Assembly (NCBI GenBank): GCA_000165345.1
Contig: CM000435.1
Coordinates: 320,001-384,000, forward strand
Direction: 5' to 3'
DNA: 64,000 nucleotides
In this document: piece by piece, positions 49,854 to 60,464 of the stretch
Layout of the letters: every line of letters begins with the position of its first letter
Numbering within the stretch: position 1 is the first letter of the stretch
Notes under the pieces: model-generated
The model's database searches: none
Seen by the model: the letters and a program-made list of their open reading frames with translations, nothing else
Told to the model about the DNA's origin: nothing
Position numbers and translations under genes: made by a program

Positions 49854-51245
49854 TTATTCACTCTTTGCTTTGCTATTGTTCTTTGAAAAGAGTCTTGTGA
49901 ATGACGTGATTATACGTAATATGAAGTATAAGAATACGATGACAATCTGGATACCCCAAATGATTGAGACGATTATTATGCATAATCTACCAAATATCTG
50001 TCTTGCTGATTTTTCAACAATCATTTGAGGAATTTTAGAAATAGCCTCGATATGATTTTCATTACTTTCATTATCAAATTTGAAAATCTTCTTTAGCTTA
50101 ATATCTCCATTCAAATCCCTAATAGTGGCCTTAACTATGATTCCTGAACATTCTTTAGAATCTGTACATAAGTACTCAAAGTCAAGTTTTCCATAGTTTT
50201 CTCTAATAAAGTAATTTGGAGACTTGTCATTCAAAGACCAGCCCGTAAAGATTGGTAATGTTGTAGAAATAACAAAACTATCCAGAATTCGGTCACTTAC
50301 GCTATGAGTCATTCCACTTGAAGTAATTTCAACTAATGACTTCTGAGAATCGTCAGACTCAAAGATTTGACCCCAGTGGACATCCCCTGATAAGAAGAAT
50401 AGTCCTTTTGGTTTTGTCTTCTTAATAAGCGAAAACAATCTTTCTCTAGACTTTGGAAAATGTCCCCAACCTTCAACAATTGGGTATTGTGTGGTAACTT
50501 GTATAGATGAGATAATAATATTAGCAAGAGCCTTAGAGTTACTAAGTTCTTTCTCTAACCAATCCCATTGCTCCTTTCCCAACATATCTCCTTGATATGA
50601 ATGCCCATAGCCAAAAATAGATGCAAAGAAACGAAGAGATGCTGCAAAAATACTGGTAAATGGAGTATCCAAATGAGCGAAAGATAAAATACCATATCTT
50701 TCGTGAACGTAATAATTATCTCTATGATACCTTGTGTCCAAAATAATTACTTTAATTTGCTTTCCAGGAGGACCAAAAGTATGTGATGAGTAAACACCCT
50801 TCCTATTTCTTCTTGGAGAATCCTTAGGAAGAGAAATAAAGTCTAAAAATAGTTGCTGACTCTCGTCTTTAAAAGCAACGTATTTTCCACCATCGTTAAC
50901 ACCATAATCGTGATCGTCCCAAGTACCATCAACAAATAAACCAGTCTTCAAAAGGTCTCTATAAAATGAATTATTACTTTGAACAAGGTATCCCTTACTT
51001 ACACATACTGGAGACCCACATTTAGTATAAACAGAATCTCCCATCCAAAATAAAGCATCTGGTTTGTCAGATTGAATTGCTTTCCAATACTCTTGGCTTA
51101 CATAATTACCTGATTTATCTTGTTTCTGGCCATCCACACAGCTGATAAACACTAAAGATTTCAAAAGTTTCTCAGAGCTGCTGTCTTCTGCAAATACTCC
51201 AATGAATAGATGAAAAGTCAAATATATCCAAAATATGCTCGGCAT
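49854..51245 (-). CDS. PhoD-like metallophosphatase (alkaline phosphatase D family) with signal peptide and C-terminal TM anchor
   Basis: The track start 51320 is GTG; the first ATG is at 51245 (MPSIFWIYLTFHLFIGVFA). Motifs are GDSVYT, WDDHDYGVNDGG and FLSGDVHWGQI (metallophosphoesterase His/Asp ligands). The C-terminus LCIIIVSIIWGIQIVIVFLYFILRII is hydrophobic. Confidence 0.7.
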   Translation of the reverse strand: MPSIFWIYLTFHLFIGVFAEDSSSEKLLKSLVFISCVDGQKQDKSGNYVSQEYWKAIQSDKPDALFWMGDSVYTKCGSPVCVSKGYLVQSNNSFYRDLLKTGLFVDGTWDDHDYGVNDGGKYVAFKDESQQLFLDFISLPKDSPRRNRKGVYSSHTFGPPGKQIKVIILDTRYHRDNYYVHERYGILSFAHLDTPFTSIFAASLRFFASIFGYGHSYQGDMLGKEQWDWLEKELSNSKALANIIISSIQVTTQYPIVEGWGHFPKSRERLFSLIKKTKPKGLFFLSGDVHWGQIFESDDSQKSLVEITSSGMTHSVSDRILDSFVISTTLPIFTGWSLNDKSPNYFIRENYGKLDFEYLCTDSKECSGIIVKATIRDLNGDIKLKKIFKFDNESNENHIEAISKIPQMIVEKSARQIFGRLCIIIVSIIWGIQIVIVFLYFILRIITSFTRLFSKNNSKAKSE

Positions 51246-51386
51246 TTTGTAACAAGTAACTTTGAGAGTGCTGAAGCCCGCGCAGTTTTTGGCAGGAAGC
51301 TCTGGACGGGATTTACCCACAGTGTGAGGAAGAAATAGAAAAGAAAGAGAGAATAACTCGGGAATTGAACAGTGAGCAATATATCG

Positions 51387-53336
51387 ATGGCGATGGATAT
51401 CCTAAAGGCTTGCTTTCGGTTTTCTTTCCTGGGTCTTCGTTCGAATGAGCAATGGCTCGGAGAGCTGTTTAGTCTAAGCTCGGATGATCAACTGGGGTCA
51501 CAAAAGGTAGAGTTGAATTTGGATGGGCAAATATTTGGGGGTTTGAGCGTTAAACAGAGCTTAGCTTTATTGCGAGCTCGTAGTTATTTTGAATCTTTAG
51601 AGTTCACGAGAGCTTTTGGAGTCCTGAACGATGAAATTTCTTTAAATAAATCGGGTATCGCAATGTTCATGAAGAATTATTATCAATTACTTTCATTGGA
51701 ACGACAGAATACAAAGACTGATAGATTGGAGGATCTGGTGGTTCCTCCATCTGAAGCAAGTATGACTTCCTTAAAGTATTCAAAAATAGAAATGGAGGTT
51801 TTAAACTTTTTGACTTGTCTGAACAATTCAAATATGGATGAAAAACCAGAGGTTGTAGGATTATTGGAATGGTTGGTCAGTATTGTTATTTACAGACAGA
51901 ATAGGTATATGGAGGCTCTTGAGTTTCAAATAAATTCTTTAAAGAAGGACCCTTTGAATTGGAGTTGTTGGCAGGATTTGGTGAGAAATTTTATTTCAAA
52001 TGGACAAGGAAACATAGTTTCATCATTTAAGCCATGTGAAGATGTGGAAAAGAGTGATCTCAGCCAGAATGATACATTTCTAAATGAGAATTTGCATAGA
52101 AATCTTGGACTTCAACCCTTTAAAAAGAAGCAGAGTTCTGGATTATCAAGGAGCTTGAGAGATTCATCATTCAAAGACTTTTTGAATTCTCTTGGGCTGA
52201 ATGAAAGCTTGTACGCTCACTTGGCCTATGCTCTTTATCTGGAAACTACTGGGAAATGGAAGGAAGCTCTTTGCGAATATAACCAAATATCCATGGAAGT
52301 AAAAGATAACAGTCCGTATATTGAAAGTAGAATTGCCAGATGTAACAGAGAGCTTGGGGACCTTGAAACTGCATTAAAAGCTCACGATTCCATTCTTAGC
52401 AAAGACAAAGCTTACTTGGGAAATGCCATAGAACTAGCTTCCATATATTCTGAATCAAAGAATATTAAAGAACTAAATCTTCTTGCAAAAAGGTGTGTAG
52501 AGCTCTCCAAATACTCTGTTGATACTTGCGTTGTACTTGGAATCTATCATTGGCTCACTAATGATAAATACAAAGCTCTCAGATTCTACAAGAGAGCTCT
52601 TCTTATGGATTCAAGGTCAAGCCAAACTTGGGTGCTTTGCGGTTATGCTCTTCATGAATTAGGGGATATCAGGAGTTCCCTTTTTGCCTACAGAACCGCC
52701 TTGAATCTCGACTCCTCAAATGTTCAGGCCATTTTTGGAATCGCTCAAATTTATTCCAGACTTAATCTTCACGCTTACTCGATAAAACTTTACGAAAAAG
52801 CTCTAAACCAATCTCCTGGGGATGCTTTCCTTTGGTACAACCATGGAATTTCCTTGGAAAAAGCTGGGAACTACCAGGAGGCTTCTAGAAGCTTCTATAA
52901 GGCTCTTTCTTGTGAATCATCCAAGAATTCAAGCAGTGATTCTGAAATTAAATACATGGGAAAACTTTTAAAGCTTGAAACTGACCAGTGGAACCAGGCT
53001 GGATCTCTATATTGGGCCAGAAAAATTATTATCAAGGCTATAGAACTTGGATTCCTTGAAAAAGCTTCTTCTAAAACAGACTCTACTTTTGACACCAGCT
53101 ACTCGACTTACTCAGATGAAAACGAATTCTTCTCAAATTGGCAAAGACTGAGATGGTCCATAAGAATGATTCCTCAGAAGCTCCCTCTTGACCTAATTAT
53201 TGCTCTTGAATGCGTTCTTCAGTTACATTCTACACCAATAGATGAAAAGAACTCTGTTAAAAGCGAACTACTTGTTGAAAATATAAGGGAACTTTTAAAT
53301 AATCCCAAATCCTTCCAAATTTCCAAAGATTATTAG
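51387..53336 (+). CDS. TPR-repeat protein, plausibly anaphase-promoting complex subunit APC8/Cdc23-like
   Basis: The track start 51372 is GTG; ATG is at 51387. The C-terminal half has consecutive TPR-like units (YKALRFYKRALLMDSRSSQTWVLCGYALHELGDIRSSLFAYRTALNLDSSNVQAIFGIAQIYSRLNLHAYSIKLYEKALNQSPGDAFLWYNHGISLEKAGNYQEASRSFYKAL). The N-terminal non-TPR domain is as in Cdc23. Confidence 0.35.
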   Translation: MAMDILKACFRFSFLGLRSNEQWLGELFSLSSDDQLGSQKVELNLDGQIFGGLSVKQSLALLRARSYFESLEFTRAFGVLNDEISLNKSGIAMFMKNYYQLLSLERQNTKTDRLEDLVVPPSEASMTSLKYSKIEMEVLNFLTCLNNSNMDEKPEVVGLLEWLVSIVIYRQNRYMEALEFQINSLKKDPLNWSCWQDLVRNFISNGQGNIVSSFKPCEDVEKSDLSQNDTFLNENLHRNLGLQPFKKKQSSGLSRSLRDSSFKDFLNSLGLNESLYAHLAYALYLETTGKWKEALCEYNQISMEVKDNSPYIESRIARCNRELGDLETALKAHDSILSKDKAYLGNAIELASIYSESKNIKELNLLAKRCVELSKYSVDTCVVLGIYHWLTNDKYKALRFYKRALLMDSRSSQTWVLCGYALHELGDIRSSLFAYRTALNLDSSNVQAIFGIAQIYSRLNLHAYSIKLYEKALNQSPGDAFLWYNHGISLEKAGNYQEASRSFYKALSCESSKNSSSDSEIKYMGKLLKLETDQWNQAGSLYWARKIIIKAIELGFLEKASSKTDSTFDTSYSTYSDENEFFSNWQRLRWSIRMIPQKLPLDLIIALECVLQLHSTPIDEKNSVKSELLVENIRELLNNPKSFQISKDY

Positions 53337-53630
53337 CTTTTCTATATTTATATGTACATATATAATTACAACTTGACCTTTGTCTCTTGCTTTTTTGCAT
53401 TTATTGCTTCCTCCTTCCCCCCACATGCGAATTCTACTTACATTACGTGTCATCACTTGAAAGTGCATGATTTACGCGCCATATTTACCAACATTTCTAT
53501 TTACCGTTTTTTATTCTCGAAGCACAAATATTAATTTTTTTTTGAGATATCAAAAAAGTTATAGATAGTAAAACTCTGAGTGAAGATGTAAAACCAAGCT
53601 TCAAATTCAAAACTTTCGATTTGATTTGCC

Positions 53631-54740
53631 ATGAGATTTGTTTTTACTAGCGATTATAATGATGATAATTCATTATCCCATAGCTCCTATCTAAATAGGC
53701 CAAATGCATATGGATACTCAAGAAAAGAGTTCAAAGCTCGTTCACTGGAACATTCAAGCAAGACTGCAAAGAGGATTCTTAGTCATATCATTCCTGAGCT
53801 AAGTATTTCCCAATTTAATGAGTCTGTGCGTATTTTTAATGCATATTTGGAGTCCTACAAAAATACACCAAAAAGCATCCCTAGAATAGAATCTCTGATA
53901 TCAGCATCCGCATACATATCAGTTAGAAAGGATGGTGGATACCTTTCACTACTAGATATTGCATCCAGGCTTAAATCCAAAAATTATAGAAGCTTTGCTA
54001 GCCTAATTAAACGAATTTGTACTCGTCTAAGAATTAAGAATCTTCCAAATCCTTCCATTGAAGAGTCTCTAAACCACCTATGTTATAAAGTTGAAAAGTT
54101 TCTCAAAGAAAAGACGATTCAGAATGCAAATGAGCAATACCAAAAGGAAACTATAATTTTCCAAAACCCGGAGAAAGAAACTGATGATATCAGAAATTTA
54201 ATGCTAGATTCTTTAATTAAAGACTCATCCATTGATTTGGAATCCAAAAAGTTGAGAAATTACAATTCAAATCCTGGTTCTTTTTTAAACTCTATGAAAC
54301 ACCTCAAAACTAAAACCGAGGCGAAAACCTCTTTAGATTCTCTCATTAAGGCCAAAAACTTTTCTTTACTTATTCTCAAAACGATTGCCCTTGATCAAGA
54401 TCATGCTTCTTTAAATAACCATGATGACATCCTTAATCCATTATGGCTTTCTAATGGGGTTTCTAGTACTCCCATAATTTCTGCATCATTATACTTTTCG
54501 TTCAAATTATATTGTAGAAATATCTCTTTTAATGATTTACTTAAAGCTACTGGAGTCAGCAAATCATCTATAATCAAAGCCAGAAGATCTCTTTCTCACA
54601 AGCTTAGACTCATTTCTCAGAAACTCTTTCCTGGATGGCTTAGTTCTGATATGCTAAATTGTAATTCTGAATTACCTCCCACTATAATCGAATCACTTAC
54701 TAAATTAATTCAGTCTTACTATTCAAATCTTAAAACATAA
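53631..54740 (+). CDS. Protein with two TFIIB-type cyclin-fold repeats (no zinc ribbon); possible general-transcription-factor-like protein
   Basis: Repeat 1 is PRIESLISASAYISVRKDGGYLSLLDIASRLKSKNYRSFASLIKRI. Repeat 2 is TPIISASLYFSFKLYCRNISFNDLLKATGVSKSSIIKARRSL. Both resemble the TFIIB core repeats (R-P--IAAA-IY-A-R---RT--EIA---GVS--TI---Y--L). Confidence 0.3.
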   Translation: MRFVFTSDYNDDNSLSHSSYLNRPNAYGYSRKEFKARSLEHSSKTAKRILSHIIPELSISQFNESVRIFNAYLESYKNTPKSIPRIESLISASAYISVRKDGGYLSLLDIASRLKSKNYRSFASLIKRICTRLRIKNLPNPSIEESLNHLCYKVEKFLKEKTIQNANEQYQKETIIFQNPEKETDDIRNLMLDSLIKDSSIDLESKKLRNYNSNPGSFLNSMKHLKTKTEAKTSLDSLIKAKNFSLLILKTIALDQDHASLNNHDDILNPLWLSNGVSSTPIISASLYFSFKLYCRNISFNDLLKATGVSKSSIIKARRSLSHKLRLISQKLFPGWLSSDMLNCNSELPPTIIESLTKLIQSYYSNLKT

Positions 54741-55156
54741 TTATACCTAGTACTAATACTCTTTCTTCTACAAAATCTAAAATGGTCTCATATATTTATC
54801 TCTTAATCCATTATCACCTACTCTATCCCTTTCTCGCCCTCTTCTCTTTCCTAGTATTTTCTCCTACCTTCAGTTTCGTTACCTAACTCTTTAACAACAC
54901 AATACGCAAGATCAAGTTCTAAAACATCCTCCAAATCCACAATCTAATGAAATATTAACTTAAAGATATATGGTCAACTTAGAGAAAAAAAAAAGCATGA
55001 TGAAAACATATAGTTAATTCTCCTGACACTAGAATAAACAGAAATCTATTTTTCTATCTCCTGCACTAGCTTAATACTTCAATATTGAACCTTTCGCAAC
55101 TTCATATCATAGAGCAGAGAGTCGTTCCTGAAATTTTTGTGAGACTCGAAAAGATA

Positions 55157-55405
55157 TCAGTCATTCTTACGTCTGAAAGAGCAACCATCAGTAAGTTTGC
55201 ATCTTCCACCTGTTGGCTGACATAATGGAGCAGAACAGTTTCCACAAAATACAACACTCTGAGCATGACTGAAAACTGTTGTAATCTGAAGACAACCTGG
55301 ACATCTCACATCCATAAAGAAGCTGTTTGGACTTTGAATCAAACGCTTTAACTTATGTTTCTGAGCTTCAACTCTGGGATCTGGGTTCAATAAATTGATA
55401 TCCAT
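55157..55405 (-). CDS. RPS27: 40S ribosomal protein eS27
   Basis: The 82-aa product [65 protein letters not shown] is near-identical to eukaryotic eS27 (C4 zinc finger CPGC...CxxC). Confidence 0.95.
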   Translation of the reverse strand: MDINLLNPDPRVEAQKHKLKRLIQSPNSFFMDVRCPGCLQITTVFSHAQSVVFCGNCSAPLCQPTGGRCKLTDGCSFRRKND

Positions 55406-55650
55406 TATTAACTTAATTCAAACTAAACAGCTCTAAATCTTAATTACTCTTGTACTTTTACCGTTTGTTCCTTCCTGTGTCCCAAACTTTTTGTCTGAGG
55501 TCTCAAATTTTTTGTTGCATACCCTCTTTTATATATTATTTATATATATATATATTTTATATAATAACATTTAGGCGGGTGTCTCCTTTTGCCTGCCCAG
55601 ACTCTTTTGATGTCTCGCACAGGTTCCCGCCAATTCCTCTGAGAATAATA

Positions 55651-56685
55651 TTAATCAATATTAGCCCTGAAAACTCTATAGTGATGATTTAATTCAGAAA
55701 CGCAATGTAATTTGTGGTTACTTCCAAGAAATCCTCTTTCTTTATCTTTGTGCATATAAAATACTTTTGAAATTCTGGAGTGCACTAATGCCATTGAGCA
55801 TGAAATGCAGGGCTCATGTGAGAGATATGCGATTCCATTCGTGCATAAATATTGATCTTTTAATTCTGAATCTGAAAGTATTTGATCTTCAGAAATATTA
55901 TATTTAGACTTTATTTCAATCAAGTGATCTTTGTGATCCTCATTGTTTTGGCTTCCCTGATTTTCATCTTGTATTTTAGAATCTAGTAAATTAGTCATTT
56001 TTGGCATTGATAAAGATGATGAGCATACGCGCTTACTAAAGTTATCAACGGCTTTCATAACGGAATGCATCCAAGGATAATCTGAATTCCTATTATCCTC
56101 TCCAATAGCAACAATTTTTCCCTTTAAAGTTATTACACATCCTCTTGGGGGATTTCCAATAGACTGTGCAAACTCTCCAACCTTACAAGCAAGTTTTACA
56201 AACTTATCAGATTCATGTTGTACTTGATCTGATAGTACTTCTGGAGTAAATCTTGGCTTTAAAAATGATAAAGGCCAAATTTTTGAAAGTTGGGAAAACT
56301 TTTCCCTAGTTAATGGAGGATTCTTTGGAACCTCTATTACATTCCAAATTTTATCAATATGGTTTTCTTTTAAATAATTATCAGCTTCAACAGGCAAACA
56401 CTCTTGTGTTTCACCTATTAAAATCTCTACTCTGATATCATTTGAACTGCTTGAGAAATTTCTCAATTCCAAGTCATTCTCTTTAATAACTACTTTACGC
56501 ATTCTTTTTATGTGAGGGAATCTCTTTGTAAACTGGTCATTATTAACAAATCTTGAAAATTCATTAGCTAATTTCATTGGAAGTTTTAAACTGTAAAACT
56601 TCATAAATTCAGGATCATCATAGAATGAGTCTGGAAGTACCTCTTCATACAACACAGATCCATCATTCTCATCTTTATTCGACAT
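55651..56685 (-). CDS. tRNA-specific adenosine-34 deaminase non-catalytic subunit (ADAT3/Tad3-like, CDA fold)
   Basis: It has the CDA-fold zinc motifs H-S-V (PWMHSVMKAV; Glu replaced by Val as in Tad3) and PCxxC (EPCISCSMALVHSRISKVFY). The long N-terminal extension is typical of Tad3. Confidence 0.5.
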   Translation of the reverse strand: MSNKDENDGSVLYEEVLPDSFYDDPEFMKFYSLKLPMKLANEFSRFVNNDQFTKRFPHIKRMRKVVIKENDLELRNFSSSSNDIRVEILIGETQECLPVEADNYLKENHIDKIWNVIEVPKNPPLTREKFSQLSKIWPLSFLKPRFTPEVLSDQVQHESDKFVKLACKVGEFAQSIGNPPRGCVITLKGKIVAIGEDNRNSDYPWMHSVMKAVDNFSKRVCSSSLSMPKMTNLLDSKIQDENQGSQNNEDHKDHLIEIKSKYNISEDQILSDSELKDQYLCTNGIAYLSHEPCISCSMALVHSRISKVFYMHKDKERGFLGSNHKLHCVSELNHHYRVFRANID

Positions 56686-56706
56686 GTTTTACTTTTCTTT
56701 TCCTTG

Positions 56707-58212
56707 TTATTCTTGAGTTTGCGCGCCAGTCAAAAGCTTACAAATATCTAAAGCTGTCAATAATGCGGTAACTTGATTAGTTTTCTTATCAACCAGAATC
56801 AAACATTGATCTTCTGATAATAAAATATGAGAAATTGCACCACTCAAACATATATCAACCAAAAATGATGAGTTGCAACCATCATTTTCTGTGTTATCCT
56901 TAACTTGGTTTTCTTCCTTAAATTCTTTTTCATCCCCAATCTTTCTTGTATCGATTTTTGATGTTGAAATATCACTATTATTGTTATATTCAAAACAACC
57001 TTTTCCACAATTCAACCCTGATAGCTGAATCACTGTGTTTCCCAGTGTGTCATAAGCTTCTTTATTATATATATTGAAAATATTCTCAATTGAATCTTCC
57101 ATTAGTGCTTTTTCTTGATTAGAAACGCATCTTGCAAGATACATACAACACTTTTCCATAGTTAAAACTGTTCCTGTAAATGTATTGTCTTCTTCAAACA
57201 CGATTGGAATATGAGTCAATCCTTCCTTTAAAAACATTTCCAGAGCTAATCTTAATGGAGAACTTGCTTTTAAAGATTTGGGGACTTTTTTCCCCATTCC
57301 TAGATGTTTTAATACTTTATTGTGAAATACCCTACCAAAAACACTCCCTTGAGGGGTCATATCACAATCGGGATCATCCTTTTCTGCAGCAGTTGCTACC
57401 TCATCTTCTGGTTGAAATTTTTCTTTAGGGATACTTCCTGAACAAATTTGTAAATTCTGTACTAGGTCAGAAAGAATAGTTAGAGGTGAAAAATAACATA
57501 TAGGATATAATCCCATTGATTTAGATCCCAATTCTTCTTTAAAAGATTTAGACTCTGATAAATCATTTCTATCTTCAATAACCCATGTTCCCAAATCATT
57601 ATAATTAAACTCTTGATCTTTTAATTTAATTCTCTTGTAATTAGATTCCAAATCCAAACAAAGCTTTAATCCCTCATATAATGTTTCTGACATAGTAATT
57701 AGCTTTTTGGAAAGAGCTTCATTTGTATCCAAAACTTTCTTTAACCAATGCTTTATACTGCATTTTGAAAGTTCTTCTAATGTTTTGAATGGAAAATTAT
57801 CATCTATTTCTTCACTATTTTCATTTTTGACAAGAATATATAGTATATAAAAAATTAATAATGCGTCAAAGCAAGTAAAAGATCCAATAAAGCAATCTTC
57901 CAATTCATCATATACCAAAAGAGATTTTTTCTTATCCTCCAGTAAAAAACTGAGAGTAATTAATAAAGGTAGATTTGAGCTTACTGCAATAATTTTTGAA
58001 TTTTCTGGAACTGCTTCATGTATAAATCTAGACTCTAGGAAAAGTTTTAACTGATTTTGAGCTAGAATTAATAATTGCAGAAAGTGAGCTTCACTCAATT
58101 TAGAATATTCTTTAGGATCCAAGTCTTGATCAACCAAAATTGAGATTTCCAAATATTCAGACTTCTCAGGAAGGGAATAGCGCTCAAAAGTTTGTAAGAA
58201 GTCTTTGAGCAT
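56707..58212 (-). CDS. CBS-domain-containing protein (multiple CBS repeats; SNF4/AMPK-gamma-like architecture possible)
   Basis: CBS-like beta-alpha-beta-beta-alpha segments are present, e.g. LRLALEMFLKEGLTHIPIVFEEDNTFTGTVLTMEKCCMYL and ISHILLSEDQCLILVDKKTNQVTALLTALDICKLL. Its stop lies 22 bp upstream of the next start. Confidence 0.35.
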   Translation of the reverse strand: MLKDFLQTFERYSLPEKSEYLEISILVDQDLDPKEYSKLSEAHFLQLLILAQNQLKLFLESRFIHEAVPENSKIIAVSSNLPLLITLSFLLEDKKKSLLVYDELEDCFIGSFTCFDALLIFYILYILVKNENSEEIDDNFPFKTLEELSKCSIKHWLKKVLDTNEALSKKLITMSETLYEGLKLCLDLESNYKRIKLKDQEFNYNDLGTWVIEDRNDLSESKSFKEELGSKSMGLYPICYFSPLTILSDLVQNLQICSGSIPKEKFQPEDEVATAAEKDDPDCDMTPQGSVFGRVFHNKVLKHLGMGKKVPKSLKASSPLRLALEMFLKEGLTHIPIVFEEDNTFTGTVLTMEKCCMYLARCVSNQEKALMEDSIENIFNIYNKEAYDTLGNTVIQLSGLNCGKGCFEYNNNSDISTSKIDTRKIGDEKEFKEENQVKDNTENDGCNSSFLVDICLSGAISHILLSEDQCLILVDKKTNQVTALLTALDICKLLTGAQTQE

Positions 58213-58390
58213 TATAAATTTTGATATATTTTATGTATAAATCATTTAATACGTTTAGGTTTCTTTTCGTTCTTTGGAGCATATTTTTGTGCAATTCCCT
58301 CTATGTATTGGAGGTAAAAAAAGTCCCGGCACAAAAAATAACCAAAATTATTAAAAAAAATAAATCAATTTTTTAATTCTTTTGTGAATT

Positions 58391-60172
58391 ATGTCTACAA
58401 AAAATCCCATATTATTTTCTGCTCTCTGTGTTGTGAAAGGATCCATTTCAACTTTGTTTGGACTATCTGGTAAAGTTTCCAAGCTTAAATTCAAGAATGA
58501 AAAGGTATCTTTTAACTATTCTCTTTCAAAGGAGATTGAAATGAATGATGATACGTTAGAGGAACTTAACAATATTATTAGTTATAAAATAAAAGAGAAC
58601 TCCTTTTTCCAAGTCTTCAAAATCCTCAGCAAAGAAGCCGCCTCGATTTATGGTAGTGAACATCTTGAAAGTGATCAAGCTATTCCGGATGATATTGAGC
58701 TCCGTATTGTAACATTGCGCAATTTTTATTTGTCTGCAACTAGAAACCCAGTATTAAGGAATACAAAGGATATTGGAAATGTTTTAATTGAAAATATTTC
58801 TTTAGATCATGAGAATTCTGCTTTACTAGTAAACTTCAAGGTTGAGAATCCTTTAGTAAGAGCTTCAGAGGAGAATTTTAAAGACCTTTGCTGTGAGGAA
58901 TATTCAATCCAAGATATTAAGGATGGAAAGTTCATTGTTCCAAGCTTAGAGGACTCTTTACCCATTTCAATAAACCTGGATATTATTGGAGATGAACTGG
59001 TAAATCCTTGGGAAGTTAAGGCTGACAATGCTTACGGAATAGATTACAATAAGCTAATCGATAAATTTGGATGCAAATTGATTACCAAAGATATGATTGA
59101 GAGAATGGAAAGATTGACAGGTCAAAAAGCTCATCATTTCTTTAGAAGAAACATCTTTCTTTCTCATCGTGATTTTGAGAAGATATTAGATGTATACGAG
59201 AAGGGTGAGCTATTTTATTTGTACACTGGAAGAGGTCCATCGTCTGAATCATTGCATGTAGGGCATCTAGTCCCATTCCTTTTTACTAAATATCTTCAAG
59301 ACACATTTAAAGTTCCATTAGTAATCCAACTGACTGATGATGAAAAGTTTATATTCAAGAGCAACTTGACGCTTGAAGAAACTCATAATTACGCATATGA
59401 GAATATGAAAGATATCATTGCATGTGGATTCGACCCAGAATTGACTTTCATTTTCACAAATCTTGAGTACATTGCAGAACTATATCCAGATATTTTGAGA
59501 ATTGAAAAGAAAATATCTTGTTCGCAAATCAAGTCCATTTTTGGATTTAAGGACTCTTGCAATGTTGGAAAGTTTGCTTTCCCAGCAGTTCAAGCTGCTC
59601 CAGCCTTTTCAAGTTCATTCCCACATATATTTGGTGGAAGAACTGATATTCATTGTTTGGTGCCCCATGCGATTGATCAGGATCCATACTTTAGAATGGT
59701 CAGAGACGTTGCCCCAAGGCTTGGATATCTAAAGCCTTCATCAATCCACTCTATTTTCCTCCCATCGCTTCAGGGTTCTCAAACCAAGATGAGTGCAAGT
59801 GTCCAAAACTCGTCTATTTTTGTAAATGATAATGAGGAATCCATTCGAAATAAAATTATGAAATATGCATTTTCTGGAGGTCAAGCTACAGAAGAAGAAC
59901 AACGTAGACTTGGAGCAAATCTTGATGTTGATGTCTCATGGCAATACCTCCGTTTCCTTATGGAGGATGATGAAAAGCTTGAAGAGATCGGCAAGAAGTA
60001 CTCATCTGGAGAAATGCTTTCCGGCGAAATTAAATCGATTCTTGTGCAAGAATTGGTTAAATTAACTAAGAACCATCAAAAGAATAGAGAGGCAATCAAT
60101 GATGATGTTATTGCCAAATTTACAAATAAAAGCCGAGAACAACTTTTGAAACTTTTCATTAACAAAAAGTAA
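58391..60172 (+). CDS. Cytoplasmic tryptophanyl-tRNA synthetase with ~200-aa N-terminal extension
   Basis: It is a class I aaRS: HIGH = GRGPSSESLHVGHLVPF; KMSKS = KMSASVQNSSIF (identical in form to human TrpRS KMSASDPNSSIF). Other matches are QLTDDEKF and AIDQDPYFRM. The N-terminal ~200 aa are not part of the catalytic core. Confidence 0.9.
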   Translation: MSTKNPILFSALCVVKGSISTLFGLSGKVSKLKFKNEKVSFNYSLSKEIEMNDDTLEELNNIISYKIKENSFFQVFKILSKEAASIYGSEHLESDQAIPDDIELRIVTLRNFYLSATRNPVLRNTKDIGNVLIENISLDHENSALLVNFKVENPLVRASEENFKDLCCEEYSIQDIKDGKFIVPSLEDSLPISINLDIIGDELVNPWEVKADNAYGIDYNKLIDKFGCKLITKDMIERMERLTGQKAHHFFRRNIFLSHRDFEKILDVYEKGELFYLYTGRGPSSESLHVGHLVPFLFTKYLQDTFKVPLVIQLTDDEKFIFKSNLTLEETHNYAYENMKDIIACGFDPELTFIFTNLEYIAELYPDILRIEKKISCSQIKSIFGFKDSCNVGKFAFPAVQAAPAFSSSFPHIFGGRTDIHCLVPHAIDQDPYFRMVRDVAPRLGYLKPSSIHSIFLPSLQGSQTKMSASVQNSSIFVNDNEESIRNKIMKYAFSGGQATEEEQRRLGANLDVDVSWQYLRFLMEDDEKLEEIGKKYSSGEMLSGEIKSILVQELVKLTKNHQKNREAINDDVIAKFTNKSREQLLKLFINKK

Positions 60173-60335
60173 TTTGTTTGGTTTCAAATCAATCCTGTAG
60201 TGATTTATTTTTGTTAATATTTTAATTTAATAAGTTTGGAAATTTTTATTTAATTCCCTAGTCTATTAATTAATATATATTTTTTGCCTATTTGCAATAT
60301 TTTACCTGTCCACATTACGTGTAAGTAAGTAATGT

Positions 60336-60380
60336 ACATGCATGCATGCGAATGCAAGGTGTTGCAAGCATTTGCATGTG
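60336..60380. promoter_or_regulatory. (GCATGC)n cluster upstream of the PPIP5K start
   Basis: 'acatgcatgcatgcgaatgcaaggtgttgcaagcatttgcatgtg'. The 5'-TGCATGCA-3' motif is a known over-represented Cryptosporidium upstream element (AP2-type). Confidence 0.4.
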
Positions 60381-60464
60381 AAGTTGAAATATGTACGTAA
60401 GCTTTACTTATTATAGAACGAAGGAACGTTACTTCCAAAAAATTTGAGAAAATTTTTTTTGATT

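Noticed and set aside
53352-53534. 60-aa ORF in the 53.3-53.6 kb spacer
   Set aside because: It is short and hydrophobic or low complexity. It sits in the promoter region of the TFIIB-like gene (contains cgcgccatattt, an E2F-like site).
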